Part shown: positions 16,423 through 25,993 of the stretch, one piece after another
Layout of the letters: the number at the start of each line of letters is the position of its first letter
Position numbering within the stretch: the first letter of the stretch is position 1
Source: Minisyncoccota bacterium
GTDB lineage: Bacteria; Patescibacteriota; Minisyncoccia; Phycocordibacterales; XYD1-FULL-46-19
DNA length: 64,000 nucleotides
NCBI GenBank assembly: GCA_041665625.1
Contig: JBAYIK010000001.1
Span: 196,341-260,340 of the forward strand
Direction of reading: 5' to 3'
Notes under the pieces: model-generated
The model's input: the letters and a program-made list of their open reading frames with translations, nothing else
Database searches by the model: none
What the model was told of the DNA's origin: nothing
Made by a program: the position numbers and the translations under genes

Positions 16423-16541
16423 TCCCCTTTTCCCCGAAGTCGTACTTCAAGCGCTTGCCCTGCGCCGTGCCGGCCATAGCTTTAGCGAAGACTAGAAGCT
16501 TCGGTGAAGTAGGGAGCTCGAAATCCGACTTCTTAGCTTAA
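16423..16541. repeat. long copy of the intergenic element (same ends as 13420..13472, with an extra internal segment of about 75 nt)
   Basis: 'CCCCTTTTCCCCGAAGTCGTA' ... 'ATCCGACTTCTTAGCTTAA'. Lies between the methyltransferase and SEC-C genes. Confidence 0.6.
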
Positions 16542-17812
16542 GAAACAAAATCCAAGAGAGACTTTCCAAGCCTCTCAATAACTCCAACGACCAGAGCATT
16601 ACCCATAATAAAGGCTCTTTTTGTGTCTGGGGTAACTTTTCCATTTAACATAAATTTTGTGTGGTCAGAAGGAAACATGTTTAACTTCTCCAACTCAAGT
16701 GGGGTAAGCCGGCGAAGCCTGCCAGATTTAGTCTTAATGACGTGTTTAAAGCGCGAGGGAGAACTTCCACCTTCCCCCGTCACAATTGTTCTGGATGGCT
16801 TATCAAGAGAATCAGGAAAAGCCATTGGGCCTTCTGAGTAATCATATTCAAACCCATCTTTTGATTTCCGCCCCTCTTTCTTTCCACCTTTTAAATATTC
16901 CCATCTTTTTTGATCAGCCTTTTTTATAAAAAATTCTTCTGGAATTTTTGCTTCGTCGTGAATAATAATATTTTTAAGTAAAATAGACTTACCATTATAA
17001 TTAGGCACAGATTTTACTGAGTAGACTTTTCTATCAATCATAACTCCGGAAACATCAAAAGGGCTTTTAGTTGGTTTATTTGAAGAAAAATTCTTAGATA
17101 TTTCCTCCAGACTTCCCTCAATTCTAAATTCGCCCAATTTACCTTCACCTTTTTTCACAGGGAAAGCTTTAGCAATTACTCCATCTTTGTAAATCCAATT
17201 TTCAAGATTTTTTTCTTTTTTAATAGCATTAAAAATCTTACTGCCTTTTTTATACCCCATAATAAAAACTCTTCTCCTTCTTTGCGGCATCCCGTAATCG
17301 GCCGCATTTACAACCCTCCATTCAACTGCATAACCAAGATAAGAAAGAGAGGTCAGCATAACAGCAAAATCTCGACCTCTCTGTCCTGAAGGGGATTTTA
17401 ATAATCTATCGACATTCTCTAACATTAAAAAGTTCGGGGAATTTTTTCCTTTTTTATTTAAGATATTATAAATAGACCACCATAAAACACCTTTCTTACC
17501 ATAGATACCCTTAGCCTGGTTCGCTGTTCTCGCAACAGAATAATCCTGACAAGGAAATCCCCCGACAAGTAAATCATGGTCAGGTATTTCTTTAAATTTA
17601 TTTTCAACGACATCTTGGATATCTTCACAAGAATGTCCCTCTTCTCCAAATATGTTTATATAAATCTGAGAAGCATGTTGTGTAGCTGCCCCTGGTTCCC
17701 ATTGGCTATTCCATACTGTCTCATATTTTAAGTCTTTTTTACTTGCAGCATCAAGGCCAAGGCGGAAGCCCCCAACACCGGCAAAAAGCTCAAGGACTCT
17801 TATTTTCTTCAT
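16538..17812 (-). CDS. DNA (cytosine-5)-methyltransferase
   Basis: Motif I 'LFAGVGGFRLGL', motif IV 'GGFPCQDYS', motif VI 'ENVDRLL'. Adjacent to a Sau3AI-like endonuclease. Confidence 0.85.
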   Translation of the reverse strand: MKKIRVLELFAGVGGFRLGLDAASKKDLKYETVWNSQWEPGAATQHASQIYINIFGEEGHSCEDIQDVVENKFKEIPDHDLLVGGFPCQDYSVARTANQAKGIYGKKGVLWWSIYNILNKKGKNSPNFLMLENVDRLLKSPSGQRGRDFAVMLTSLSYLGYAVEWRVVNAADYGMPQRRRRVFIMGYKKGSKIFNAIKKEKNLENWIYKDGVIAKAFPVKKGEGKLGEFRIEGSLEEISKNFSSNKPTKSPFDVSGVMIDRKVYSVKSVPNYNGKSILLKNIIIHDEAKIPEEFFIKKADQKRWEYLKGGKKEGRKSKDGFEYDYSEGPMAFPDSLDKPSRTIVTGEGGSSPSRFKHVIKTKSGRLRRLTPLELEKLNMFPSDHTKFMLNGKVTPDTKRAFIMGNALVVGVIERLGKSLLDFVS

Positions 17813-17843
17813 AAAGAGATTCTAACAGATAGCGTCAAAAAGA

Positions 17844-19247
17844 TCAATATTGATCTTTTTGGTTTTCTATGGCCTGCTGTATATACTTAGCATTTAACCA
17901 AAAACACCGTTTCATTTCCTGTGTTTTTTGGGGAGTTTCAATGGTATCTGTACTGTCTTTCCCGTGAGGTCGAACGTGGGCAACAGGACTTTCCTTCATT
18001 TTTGGCAAATCTTCGTACCGACCATCCTTAATACAATCAACTGTTTTTTGCCAGACCTTTTCTACCTCACCAATGTCTTTCATCGGAAAATTCCAGAAGA
18101 AGGTTTTCTTCAATATTATATTTTTACTCCTCTTTTCCTTTTGAAAAACGACAAATAAAAACTTCTTTGTCTCCAGCTGTAAATGAAACTCGGCCATAGT
18201 TTCGTCTTCTTCGTCAAACCACAAATCATTTACTAAACTTTTGTAGTCGAATGCAGGAAAAGAAATAGATTCTCTTAGTGTCCCGGTGTGTTCAAGAGTA
18301 ATGACTCTAAGTGTAATGTTGGCCTTCTCTAATTCCTCTACATTATTTGATTCAACGTCTAATATCCTGTTAACAATTAATCTTTTGTAACTCTTTGATT
18401 TTTTGCCGAGACTTGAATTTAACTTAGCTAGTATCTCCGTGTCTGTTTTGCCAATAAATTGGCTAAATTTTTCTTTAACAACATCTTCAATTGTTTCAAT
18501 TCTCCGGTGTTTCTTAAAGATTGAGTCAGTATTTGTTTTTTCTCCAAGCAGTTTAGTCTGAATAAGGTAATTGATATATTGCTGTTTAAAAGAAAAGGCT
18601 CTCGGTTTCGCAGCGATGCGCCCCATCGGCTGATCCCTAACAACTCGGCTATTAGCCGCTTTAGTGCAAGCTCCCAGATAATAAGTATCTCCCTCAGAGA
18701 GCAAGTGGGCTTCCCCTCGTTTAATCTTATTTACTATATATTCCCAGTCTTTTTTAATCTGAAAAACATCTTCGTCGGAAATATCCTCAAGGAGCTTCAG
18801 CAAATGGACAAACTTGAACTCATAATCAAGGATACTTTGACTTTCAATCCAAAGATAGAACATCAGTAGTAAAGTTTTATTCTTTTTTAGGAAAGAGCTT
18901 TGTTCCCAGGTCTCACCGACAACGGTATCATAATTAATCATTGAAAAGACGAGACGCTCCTTAGAGGAGAGCTTACCGGTGTTGTGTTTTTTTAGAGGAG
19001 TAGTCTTCAGCTCAACACTCGCAACAGTAAAATCTGGTTCACTTATATTACCTGGATTGATTTCGAAAAAATATTTTTCCATTAAATCACCCAAAAAACC
19101 TTTGCGTTTCAATCCGTACCCACCAATTTGTTCTTCAATTGCCCCGAGACTTCCAGAAGGGATGACTTGGCGCAAAGACTTTTGCAAAATAGTCTTTGCT
19201 TTCTCTAAAACCTGTTCTTTTGTGTTATATGTTTGAGACATGTTCAA
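17844..19247 (-). CDS. Sau3AI/MutH-family type II restriction endonuclease (GATC-type predicted)
   Basis: 'EPDFTVASVELKTTPLKKHNTGKLSSKERLVFSMINYD', 'EAHLLSEGDTYYLGACTKAANSRVVRDQPMGRIAAKPRAFSFK' and C-terminal 'HVRPH...FWLN' parallel the MutH/Sau3AI catalytic and duplicated domains as I recall them. Confidence 0.7.
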   Translation of the reverse strand: MNMSQTYNTKEQVLEKAKTILQKSLRQVIPSGSLGAIEEQIGGYGLKRKGFLGDLMEKYFFEINPGNISEPDFTVASVELKTTPLKKHNTGKLSSKERLVFSMINYDTVVGETWEQSSFLKKNKTLLLMFYLWIESQSILDYEFKFVHLLKLLEDISDEDVFQIKKDWEYIVNKIKRGEAHLLSEGDTYYLGACTKAANSRVVRDQPMGRIAAKPRAFSFKQQYINYLIQTKLLGEKTNTDSIFKKHRRIETIEDVVKEKFSQFIGKTDTEILAKLNSSLGKKSKSYKRLIVNRILDVESNNVEELEKANITLRVITLEHTGTLRESISFPAFDYKSLVNDLWFDEEDETMAEFHLQLETKKFLFVVFQKEKRSKNIILKKTFFWNFPMKDIGEVEKVWQKTVDCIKDGRYEDLPKMKESPVAHVRPHGKDSTDTIETPQKTQEMKRCFWLNAKYIQQAIENQKDQY

Positions 19248-19900
19248 ATATTAGAAATAAAACTTGCCGACAAAGTTTTAGAAACCACAACATGATCAAC
19301 GACTTTAATGTCTAAGATTTTCCCCGCACTGATTAGCTTCTTAGTAACCTCGATGTCATCAGCGGAGGGTTCAAGGTCGCCAGAGGGATGATTATGAGAA
19401 ATTATAATTGAAGAGGCGTTATTTTTAATGGCTCCCTCAAAGACTTCTCGAGGATGAACAAGGCTTTCATTAAGAGTGCCAATTGAAATAATATCTCTTT
19501 GTATTTCTTGGTTACGGCTATCCAGGTAAAAAACAACAAAGTGCTCCTTTTTGCTTCCCCTTATGTCCTCCATCCTCTCCCAGACATCTTTTGGGGAAAG
19601 TAATATAGAGGATTTCTTGTCTTTCAACATCCTTTTGCCAAGCTCAAAACAGGCCATAATTTCACAAGCTTTTGCCGAACCTAGGCCATGGATAGTTTTT
19701 AATTCATCAATACTTATATCAACAAATTTTTCGTTTTCAAATTTCTGTAAGATTTTTTGAGCTAGTTTTAGCACATTCAAATCTTTTGTACCAGTACGAA
19801 GCAAAATCGCCAGCAATTCGACGTCAGATAATTTGCCCGGACCATACTTTTCCATCTTCTCTCTTGGTCTATCAACACGGGGTAAATCCTTAATTTTCAT
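19244..19900 (-). CDS. radC: RadC-like JAB/MPN domain protein
   Basis: 'HNHPSGDLEPSADDIEVTKKL' is the JAMM motif. HhH-like N-terminus. Confidence 0.8.
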   Translation of the reverse strand: MKIKDLPRVDRPREKMEKYGPGKLSDVELLAILLRTGTKDLNVLKLAQKILQKFENEKFVDISIDELKTIHGLGSAKACEIMACFELGKRMLKDKKSSILLSPKDVWERMEDIRGSKKEHFVVFYLDSRNQEIQRDIISIGTLNESLVHPREVFEGAIKNNASSIIISHNHPSGDLEPSADDIEVTKKLISAGKILDIKVVDHVVVSKTLSASFISNI

Positions 19901-19996
19901 AATTTATTTTCCTATTCTACCACATTTCTCGCCTTTTTACGATAAACCAAAACACCCCCGAAGGGAAGGGTGTTTTGAGTAAGTACCTAGAATTAT

Positions 19997-20293
19997 CTAG
20001 ATTACCTTCCAGAGAAATTTACGATAAGCGGGAGAGAGGTCCGCCCAAGATTTAAAGGCTTTATATTGAGCAATGGATTGTTGAGAATTTTTTGAATCAA
20101 TCGTCTCAATCTCAATAACGACTTCAGCATTCCCATTCCGTACGTAAACATCAGGAATATAGCCATTAATAACTGGCGGTTTATTGTTTCCGGGCAAATC
20201 CGAATAAACAACAGGCCAACCAGCACGAACATATTGAGAAGCAATATTTGCCACTTCAGTATCGTGGATAACTTGATTTTCTTTTGGTCTCAT
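19997..20293 (-). CDS. hypothetical small protein (weak PD-(D/E)xK-like 'IPDVYV...EVVIEIE')
   Basis: 98 aa with a flanking hairpin terminator at 19945-19975. Function unknown. Confidence 0.4.
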   Translation of the reverse strand: MRPKENQVIHDTEVANIASQYVRAGWPVVYSDLPGNNKPPVINGYIPDVYVRNGNAEVVIEIETIDSKNSQQSIAQYKAFKSWADLSPAYRKFLWKVI

Positions 20294-20334
20294 TAGGTTT
20301 ATAATTAGTTTGTTATTTAGGTTCTTCCGACCTT

Positions 20335-20380
20335 TAATAAAAACAGCGAGACCGAAGGGGCTCGCTGTTTTTATTTTATT
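20335..20380. terminator. bidirectional-shaped intrinsic terminator
   Basis: ACAGCGAG-ACCGAAGGGG-CTCGCTGT flanked by an A-run and TTTTTATTTT. Confidence 0.6.
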
Positions 20381-20581
20381 AAAATTTAGTTTTTGAACTT
20401 ATAGCGTGATCGAAAGCAATAGGGTGGGCTTTTTACGTAAAAAATAACGCTTAGAGTCACCTTCGATAATTCTTTGATAAATTGTAGAAGAACTTATGGA
20501 TCCATTATAAAAACAACGATAAATAGCCCCTTTTGGGGACAAAATGTTCATAAAAAGGGACTATCCCAACAAATATTGAAT

Positions 20582-21427
20582 CTAAACCGGGCAGGTATTC
20601 TTACCCAACGCCGTATACAGGCCACACCAACTGAAAATCGCTTCGAAGAGGCAGAAGCCGGAGAAGAAGAGGATTAGCGGATTCCAAGTGGTGAGGATGG
20701 CGAAGAAGAAGAGGGCGACCGCTAGGGCCAAACGAATTAGCCGATCTCTCTTGCCAATATTTTGGGAGCGACCTCGGACCGAGCGCTCGGCAAAGAATTT
20801 GGCCAAGGAGCGATAAGCGAAGCCGACAATGAAGGCGAGGGCAAACATTAACAAGATTAAGCCCCAACCGAAGGGTGAATAGATAAAATTGGCCGGTGAC
20901 TTACCAAAAAAGTCTCGCTTGAGTTGTGGCAAAACTTTATAAACATTCACCGTCTCAGCAAAAGAGAAACTCTCAATCTCGCCAACCGCCAAAGCATACT
21001 TACCTTTGTTCAGAGGACTAGTAACGATAACTTCATAATCCCCCGCCAGAGCTTGGGACTTATACTCTGGGCCGCGCCAATAATCATCATAGCCAAACTC
21101 TTCATGATACTTCTCCCAATTAGAATCTTGTCCGCCCAAGACGGCCAATTGTTCCCCAGCGCGGGAAACAGTCGCTGAGATATCTCGCGGAGGAAGCGCC
21201 CCTGTGCCCGTCTCTTGATATGGCAACAAAATATTAACATAGAGGGCAAAAGCTTTGTCTGAATGAATTTTATAAATCACCGGCTCCCCCGCCAGTTGCC
21301 CATAATAGGCCTTGGAGATCTCTGGTTCCGTCACGATAATTGGATTGCTGGTGGCGAGGCGGGGTTGATGAGCGAGGGCGAGGGTGGGTGTGAGGAGAAG
21401 AAGGAAGAGGAGGAGATATTTTTTCAT
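20582..21427 (-). CDS. hypothetical secreted/membrane protein
   Basis: Signal peptide 'MKKYLLLFLLLLTPTLALA' (start at 21427, track to 21460). C-terminal TM helices. Confidence 0.55.
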   Translation of the reverse strand: MKKYLLLFLLLLTPTLALAHQPRLATSNPIIVTEPEISKAYYGQLAGEPVIYKIHSDKAFALYVNILLPYQETGTGALPPRDISATVSRAGEQLAVLGGQDSNWEKYHEEFGYDDYWRGPEYKSQALAGDYEVIVTSPLNKGKYALAVGEIESFSFAETVNVYKVLPQLKRDFFGKSPANFIYSPFGWGLILLMFALAFIVGFAYRSLAKFFAERSVRGRSQNIGKRDRLIRLALAVALFFFAILTTWNPLILFFSGFCLFEAIFSWCGLYTALGKNTCPV

Positions 21428-21429
21428 GT

Positions 21430-21753
21430 TTATTCCACTTCTACCGCCGTCCCATAACAAAGCACCTCAGTGACGCCTTGGAGGAGTTCGGTGGTGTCGT
21501 AACGCACGCCAATAATGGCGTTGGCGCCTTGGGCTTCGGCATGCTTGATCATAAGTTCGAAGGCCTCTTCGCGAGTAGTCTCACAGAGGGAGGTGAAGAG
21601 GGAGATATTGCCACCGAAGATGGTTTGGAGTCCCCCGCCGATAGTGCCGACAATGGAGCGAGAGCGAACAATTATCCCTTTCACAATGCCTAAGTTCTTA
21701 ACAATTTTCTTGCCTGGTAATTCGAATGCGGTCGTAGTGTTTGTGTGATTCAT
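21430..21753 (-). CDS. YbjQ/UPF0145 family protein
   Basis: '[29 protein letters not shown]...[13 protein letters not shown]' is the DUF74 signature. Confidence 0.8.
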   Translation of the reverse strand: MNHTNTTTAFELPGKKIVKNLGIVKGIIVRSRSIVGTIGGGLQTIFGGNISLFTSLCETTREEAFELMIKHAEAQGANAIIGVRYDTTELLQGVTEVLCYGTAVEVE

Positions 21754-21770
21754 ATTATTTATATTAATTA

Positions 21771-22436
21771 TTAATAACTATTTTCTTCATCTTCTTCTCG
21801 ATTACGAAAGAAACGCTTTACCTCGGCCTCATAATCTTCTTTAAGCAACGGCAACAAACCCTTAACCTCGGGATGGCTATTATAAACTATTTGTTTGTTT
21901 TGAATTTGCCCACGGAAGAGAGTTGGGAAACTAAGACCGGTCTTACGCCAGACGGGCATCTTAGATAAAGTCTCAGCCAAGTCATCGGGGATAGCTAAAA
22001 CAGCGGGAATGGTCTCGCTCTCACCCAAACCCTTCATCAAGGCCACCCCGCCACGCAATGACCTTGGAGCAAAATGAGACGGAATAAAGACGCCATGACG
22101 AACAGGACCCAAGAGATAACCATCGCGGTTATTACCAAACATGAAGTTCCTCTCAGTCGAGCCTTCAGTAAAAAAGTGATAGAAAAAACTGCTTGAACCA
22201 AGAGCCTCGCGACCACGGCGAGTAATGGCCTTCTCATACCAGCCAAAAATCTCGTCGGCCTTCTCTTCGCCATAATGATAAAAGAATTCGGCTGTGTCGA
22301 TTAGGCCCAGTGGAATTTTCTCGTCTTCTTGAACAGAAAGAGGAACATCGAGGGCTTCTTCAACACCTTGATCAACTTCGTCTCGAAGTTCTTTATCATT
22401 CTTATCCTTATGCCAAAAGTTTTCTAAGGGTGACAT
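21771..22436 (-). CDS. hypothetical protein
   Basis: 221 aa, no recognised motif. Confidence 0.5.
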   Translation of the reverse strand: MSPLENFWHKDKNDKELRDEVDQGVEEALDVPLSVQEDEKIPLGLIDTAEFFYHYGEEKADEIFGWYEKAITRRGREALGSSSFFYHFFTEGSTERNFMFGNNRDGYLLGPVRHGVFIPSHFAPRSLRGGVALMKGLGESETIPAVLAIPDDLAETLSKMPVWRKTGLSFPTLFRGQIQNKQIVYNSHPEVKGLLPLLKEDYEAEVKRFFRNREEDEENSY

Positions 22437-22467
22437 TATCGATATCGTAACATTTTATTAATTTTAT

Positions 22468-22500
22468 TAAAACAACATGCCGCCGGCGGGAGAACCCCGT
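22468..22500 (-). terminator. GC-rich hairpin terminator
   Basis: GCCGCCGGCGGG..CCCGTCGGCGGC followed on the minus strand by a T-rich tract. Downstream of the basic-protein gene. Confidence 0.5.
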
Positions 22501-22531
22501 CGGCGGCTAGAAAAAACTCGAACACTATCCC

Positions 22532-22840
22532 CTACTTGTCGGTGCGGTGATAGTCCCGGCCCTCGCGCAAGGCCTTCTTGCGGAGTTGAGCGTTCCGAAC
22601 GCCGGCTGTGGTCTTGCCGACCAGCCCGAAGGCATCGGCCTGAAGCCCGGCCTCGCGGACATGAAAGGGTGTCTTACCAGCAACAAGCGTCGCCTTGCTC
22701 CGTTCGCCGACGTCGTCGCCATGAGAGACCTTGCTCCCCGTGTAGGCGACTTTGGCCTTCTTCGCCTTGGCCTTCTTGCTGGTCGTACGGGAAAGTCTGG
22801 TCCCTTTTTTCTTTTTCTCCTTGCTCTTCTTTTTCGGCAA
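22532..22840 (-). CDS. lysine-rich basic hypothetical protein (GC-rich insert)
   Basis: AAGGAGG SD 5 nt before an in-frame TTG at 22840 (track ATG at 22906). 'PKKKSKEKKKKG...KKAKAKKAK' tail. Opposite-strand ORFs overlap it. Strand chosen on the SD. Confidence 0.45.
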   Translation of the reverse strand: MPKKKSKEKKKKGTRLSRTTSKKAKAKKAKVAYTGSKVSHGDDVGERSKATLVAGKTPFHVREAGLQADAFGLVGKTTAGVRNAQLRKKALREGRDYHRTDK

Positions 22841-22943
22841 AATGACCTCCTTCTCGCTATGACGCCATGAGCAATTCATGTGCGTCGGTTTGTTATTGTC
22901 CAACAAGAATCTACCACAAAACCAGCGGGCCTGGCAAGATTAC

Positions 22944-23459
22944 TTAGACCCCCCTAGTGACATCCACTAACCCGCCAGCATACTCAGCATCATAAATTTC
23001 TTTGCCATCAACCTTAATATATTCATGGCCAGAAAAGCGACCAAGGTCGCCAGTATAAATATTGTCGTAGGTCCACTCCTTACCATCGATGACCTCGCTC
23101 ATATGCACCGGACCACGCACAGGCAAGTCTTCGGGGGCATTCATCAGAGCCTTACGTAAGAAAGCATAAGCCGCGCTCTTTTCAATTTCCTTATCACTCA
23201 CTTCGCCATAATAAATCATCATCCATTCAGAGTGACCATCTTTAAAGATTATCTCACGGCCACCATAAGGTTCACCGCCGAAGAAATTATCGTGGAAACG
23301 CCAAGCCTTGTCAGCACTCTCATAAGAAATAGTGGTTGACCCATCGGCCTCCTTGGTCCAGACCTGTTCTTCGCCACTACCATAACCAGCCCTATTAGCC
23401 TCAACTAAAAATTTTTTAATATTCGCGAGTTGTTCTAAACTCTGTGGTGTTTCTTCCAT
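22944..23459 (-). CDS. hypothetical protein
   Basis: 171 aa, acidic, no recognised motif. Confidence 0.5.
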   Translation of the reverse strand: MEETPQSLEQLANIKKFLVEANRAGYGSGEEQVWTKEADGSTTISYESADKAWRFHDNFFGGEPYGGREIIFKDGHSEWMMIYYGEVSDKEIEKSAAYAFLRKALMNAPEDLPVRGPVHMSEVIDGKEWTYDNIYTGDLGRFSGHEYIKVDGKEIYDAEYAGGLVDVTRGV

Positions 23460-23668
23460 AATTTTTTATTTTTTACTCAGTGATGGATCAAATTCGGGGG
23501 TGGGATATTCTGGCCATAATGGCGGATATTCAGGCGGGGCAGAACTCGGACCTTCTGGCTCAGACTCAGTCTCGGGGGCAGTTTCTAAAGGTCTTGGGTT
23601 TGTTGGATCTTCAAACATATTTTTTGTTTGTCTCGAGCAAAGTCGAGAAATAAAATTAAACTAATAAA

Positions 23669-24937
23669 TTAACTAAAAATATTCTTCAAGGCACCGCCGA
23701 CAAAGGTCCAGCCATAATCCCGCCCCTTAATGAGTAAGGCCTTAAGCTTGGGCCAGCGGTTGACGCGATAAAGACTCTGGAAAGGACTCATTAATCCTAC
23801 CTTATTCGTGATTAATTCGCCAAGGAGCGAAGCGGCAATGGCTGAGTAAGTGAGACCATTGCCCGAGAAGGCAAAGGCATAGTAGAGGCCAGACTTCTGG
23901 TCTTGGCCAATATAAGGGAGTCCGTCGATTGACTCCAAGAGTTGCCCAGACCAACGACGAACAACCTTAAGTTCGGGGGTGGAGAAAAATTTCTCAGCAT
24001 GATTAAGAAGAGCGTGATAATTCTTGGCACGACCAAGCTTAAGATCCTCGCGATGATCCTCACCGCCAAAAATAATCTGGCATTTACCATCGCGATTAAC
24101 CACCCGACTATAGTGGTAAGGGCGAGAGAGATCCTCGTAGAGACCGTCGGCTAACACTTCGCCCGGTGCCTCTAATTCTAAGACATAAGAACGGTAAAGC
24201 GCTTTCTTGAAATAGAGATGCCAAGGCTCTTGCCACGGGCTATAAGTAGTAATAACAACATTCTTGGCAATAATTTGTTTATCCCCCACCTTGATAATCC
24301 AGCGATCACCTTTTTTTTCTAAGGCCAGGGCCTCAGTCTCTTCATAAATCTTGGCACCATGGCGGGTCGCAATCTCGGCCAAGGCGGTGAGAAATTTCAG
24401 CGGGTGATAGGTGGCTTGATCGGCTAACTCTAAATAGCCACGGGCAAAAGAATTGCAGAGAGATACCGGTTGATAATCAGCGTTAATTCCTACACTTCTC
24501 ATGGCAACCAATTCCCTCTCTAGATGCTCCGTTTCCTTCTTGGTCTTGGCGAGAATCTTCGTAGATAGAGATTTAAAATCACAAGCAATATTCTCCTTCG
24601 TGATAATCTGCGAAATGTACTCAATCGCCAAGCGATGAGACTGAGCGACTTGGCGTGCACCATCTTCGCCAAAAGCAAATTTGAGATCTTGGTAACTGGT
24701 ATCGATAGATTGGGTTAAGAAGCCCGTTGTGCAGTCAGTCGTCCACTCACCCAAGCGTCCTTTCTCAACAAGAGCAACCGAGGCACCAGCCTTGGCCAAT
24801 TCGTAAGCCGAGAAGACGCCGGTAATACCACCACCGACAATTAAAGTATCAATTTCTAAATCTTCAGTTAACTTGGGGTAACTTGGGCGTGTCACGCCCT
24901 CAAGCCAGATTTCATAATCTTCCCCTTTTTGTCCCAT
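23669..24937 (-). CDS. FAD-dependent oxidoreductase (DAO family)
   Basis: 'LIVGGGITGVFSAYELAKAGASVALVEKG' dinucleotide-binding motif, 422 aa. Confidence 0.8.
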   Translation of the reverse strand: MGQKGEDYEIWLEGVTRPSYPKLTEDLEIDTLIVGGGITGVFSAYELAKAGASVALVEKGRLGEWTTDCTTGFLTQSIDTSYQDLKFAFGEDGARQVAQSHRLAIEYISQIITKENIACDFKSLSTKILAKTKKETEHLERELVAMRSVGINADYQPVSLCNSFARGYLELADQATYHPLKFLTALAEIATRHGAKIYEETEALALEKKGDRWIIKVGDKQIIAKNVVITTYSPWQEPWHLYFKKALYRSYVLELEAPGEVLADGLYEDLSRPYHYSRVVNRDGKCQIIFGGEDHREDLKLGRAKNYHALLNHAEKFFSTPELKVVRRWSGQLLESIDGLPYIGQDQKSGLYYAFAFSGNGLTYSAIAASLLGELITNKVGLMSPFQSLYRVNRWPKLKALLIKGRDYGWTFVGGALKNIFS

Positions 24938-24971
24938 CTTAGAATTATAACAAAAAGAAGATCACTTGGCG

Positions 24972-25460
24972 CTAGCCCAATTTTTCTTTTAATTCTAAGG
25001 CTCTCTCGATAATCCTATCCCCAATCTCGCCCCAGTCGAAGTATTGTTTATAGTCAGCGGGATCAATGAGTTTGATCTCCTTAATACTCCCAGCAGGATC
25101 TTCGACAAAGTCACCTAAGGGGCGGGCCAGACAAGCGGCCCGCAATTGATACTTAATTACCCCGTCCTTATCTGTTATTTTTTGATAACCAAGCGGTAGC
25201 CACTTAGTAACCTCCATGTTACTTTCCTCAATAATCTCGCGCTTCAAAGTCTCTTCGAAACTCTCGCCCAGCTCGATCGTGCCACCAATCAGGCCCCAAG
25301 CATTTTTCTTACCACCAAAGCCAATAACTAATTTATTATCACAAAAGCAGACCCCGTAGACCTGAGTACAAAGTTCCCGAGGCAAAGTATTGAAATCGTC
25401 AATATCGTCATACTCAAGATCGAAATCCTGACCCCAAAGATGCAACTTGGTTTTTATCAT
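24972..25460 (-). CDS. NUDIX hydrolase
   Basis: Nudix box 'GGTIELGESFEETLKREIIEESNME'. Confidence 0.8.
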   Translation of the reverse strand: MIKTKLHLWGQDFDLEYDDIDDFNTLPRELCTQVYGVCFCDNKLVIGFGGKKNAWGLIGGTIELGESFEETLKREIIEESNMEVTKWLPLGYQKITDKDGVIKYQLRAACLARPLGDFVEDPAGSIKEIKLIDPADYKQYFDWGEIGDRIIERALELKEKLG

Positions 25461-25526
25461 ATTTATTATTTTAACTTAATAATTATTAATAATGAAACTA
25501 AAAAATCCCGCGGTCTGCGGGATTTT

Positions 25527-25841
25527 CTACTTGCCGATTTTGGCAATGGAGACTTTAGTAAAGGGTTGTCGGTGCCCAGCCTTCTTGTGATGACGGACCT
25601 TGGCTTTATACTTAACAACGACGATCTTCTTGTTGCGGCCATCAGCCTCGAACTTGGCGGTAACTGTCGCCCCATCTAAGTAAGGGGTACCAAGCTGAAC
25701 TTTGTCACCATCAACAATGAGAAGCACTTTATCAAAAACAACCTCACCTTTGGCCTTAGCCTCGGCTAGTTTCTCGACTTGCAAAAGGTCGCCCTCGGCG
25801 ACTTTATACTGTTTTCCACCTGTTTCGATAATTGCGAACAT
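25527..25841 (-). CDS. rplU: 50S ribosomal protein L21
   Basis: '[18 protein letters not shown]...[16 protein letters not shown]'. Start at the internal Met (track to 25859). Confidence 0.9.
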   Translation of the reverse strand: MFAIIETGGKQYKVAEGDLLQVEKLAEAKAKGEVVFDKVLLIVDGDKVQLGTPYLDGATVTAKFEADGRNKKIVVVKYKAKVRHHKKAGHRQPFTKVSIAKIGK

Positions 25842-25993
25842 AACCCTAGTATTATACACATGGGGCGGGAAAAATCAAGAGTTTGCCCCCTTAGGCCTTT
25901 GGGGATATAGTAAAAGAGGAATTGCAAATATAGTGATGTTCGCCGCAAATTGAAAAAAGGTCAAGAGGAGCCAAAACCAGAAGGAGAATACCC

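Noticed and set aside
12503-20573. The 34-bp repeats as integron attC sites
   Set aside because: They are too short and too similar to each other, there is no IntI gene, and there are no R''/L'' structured arms.
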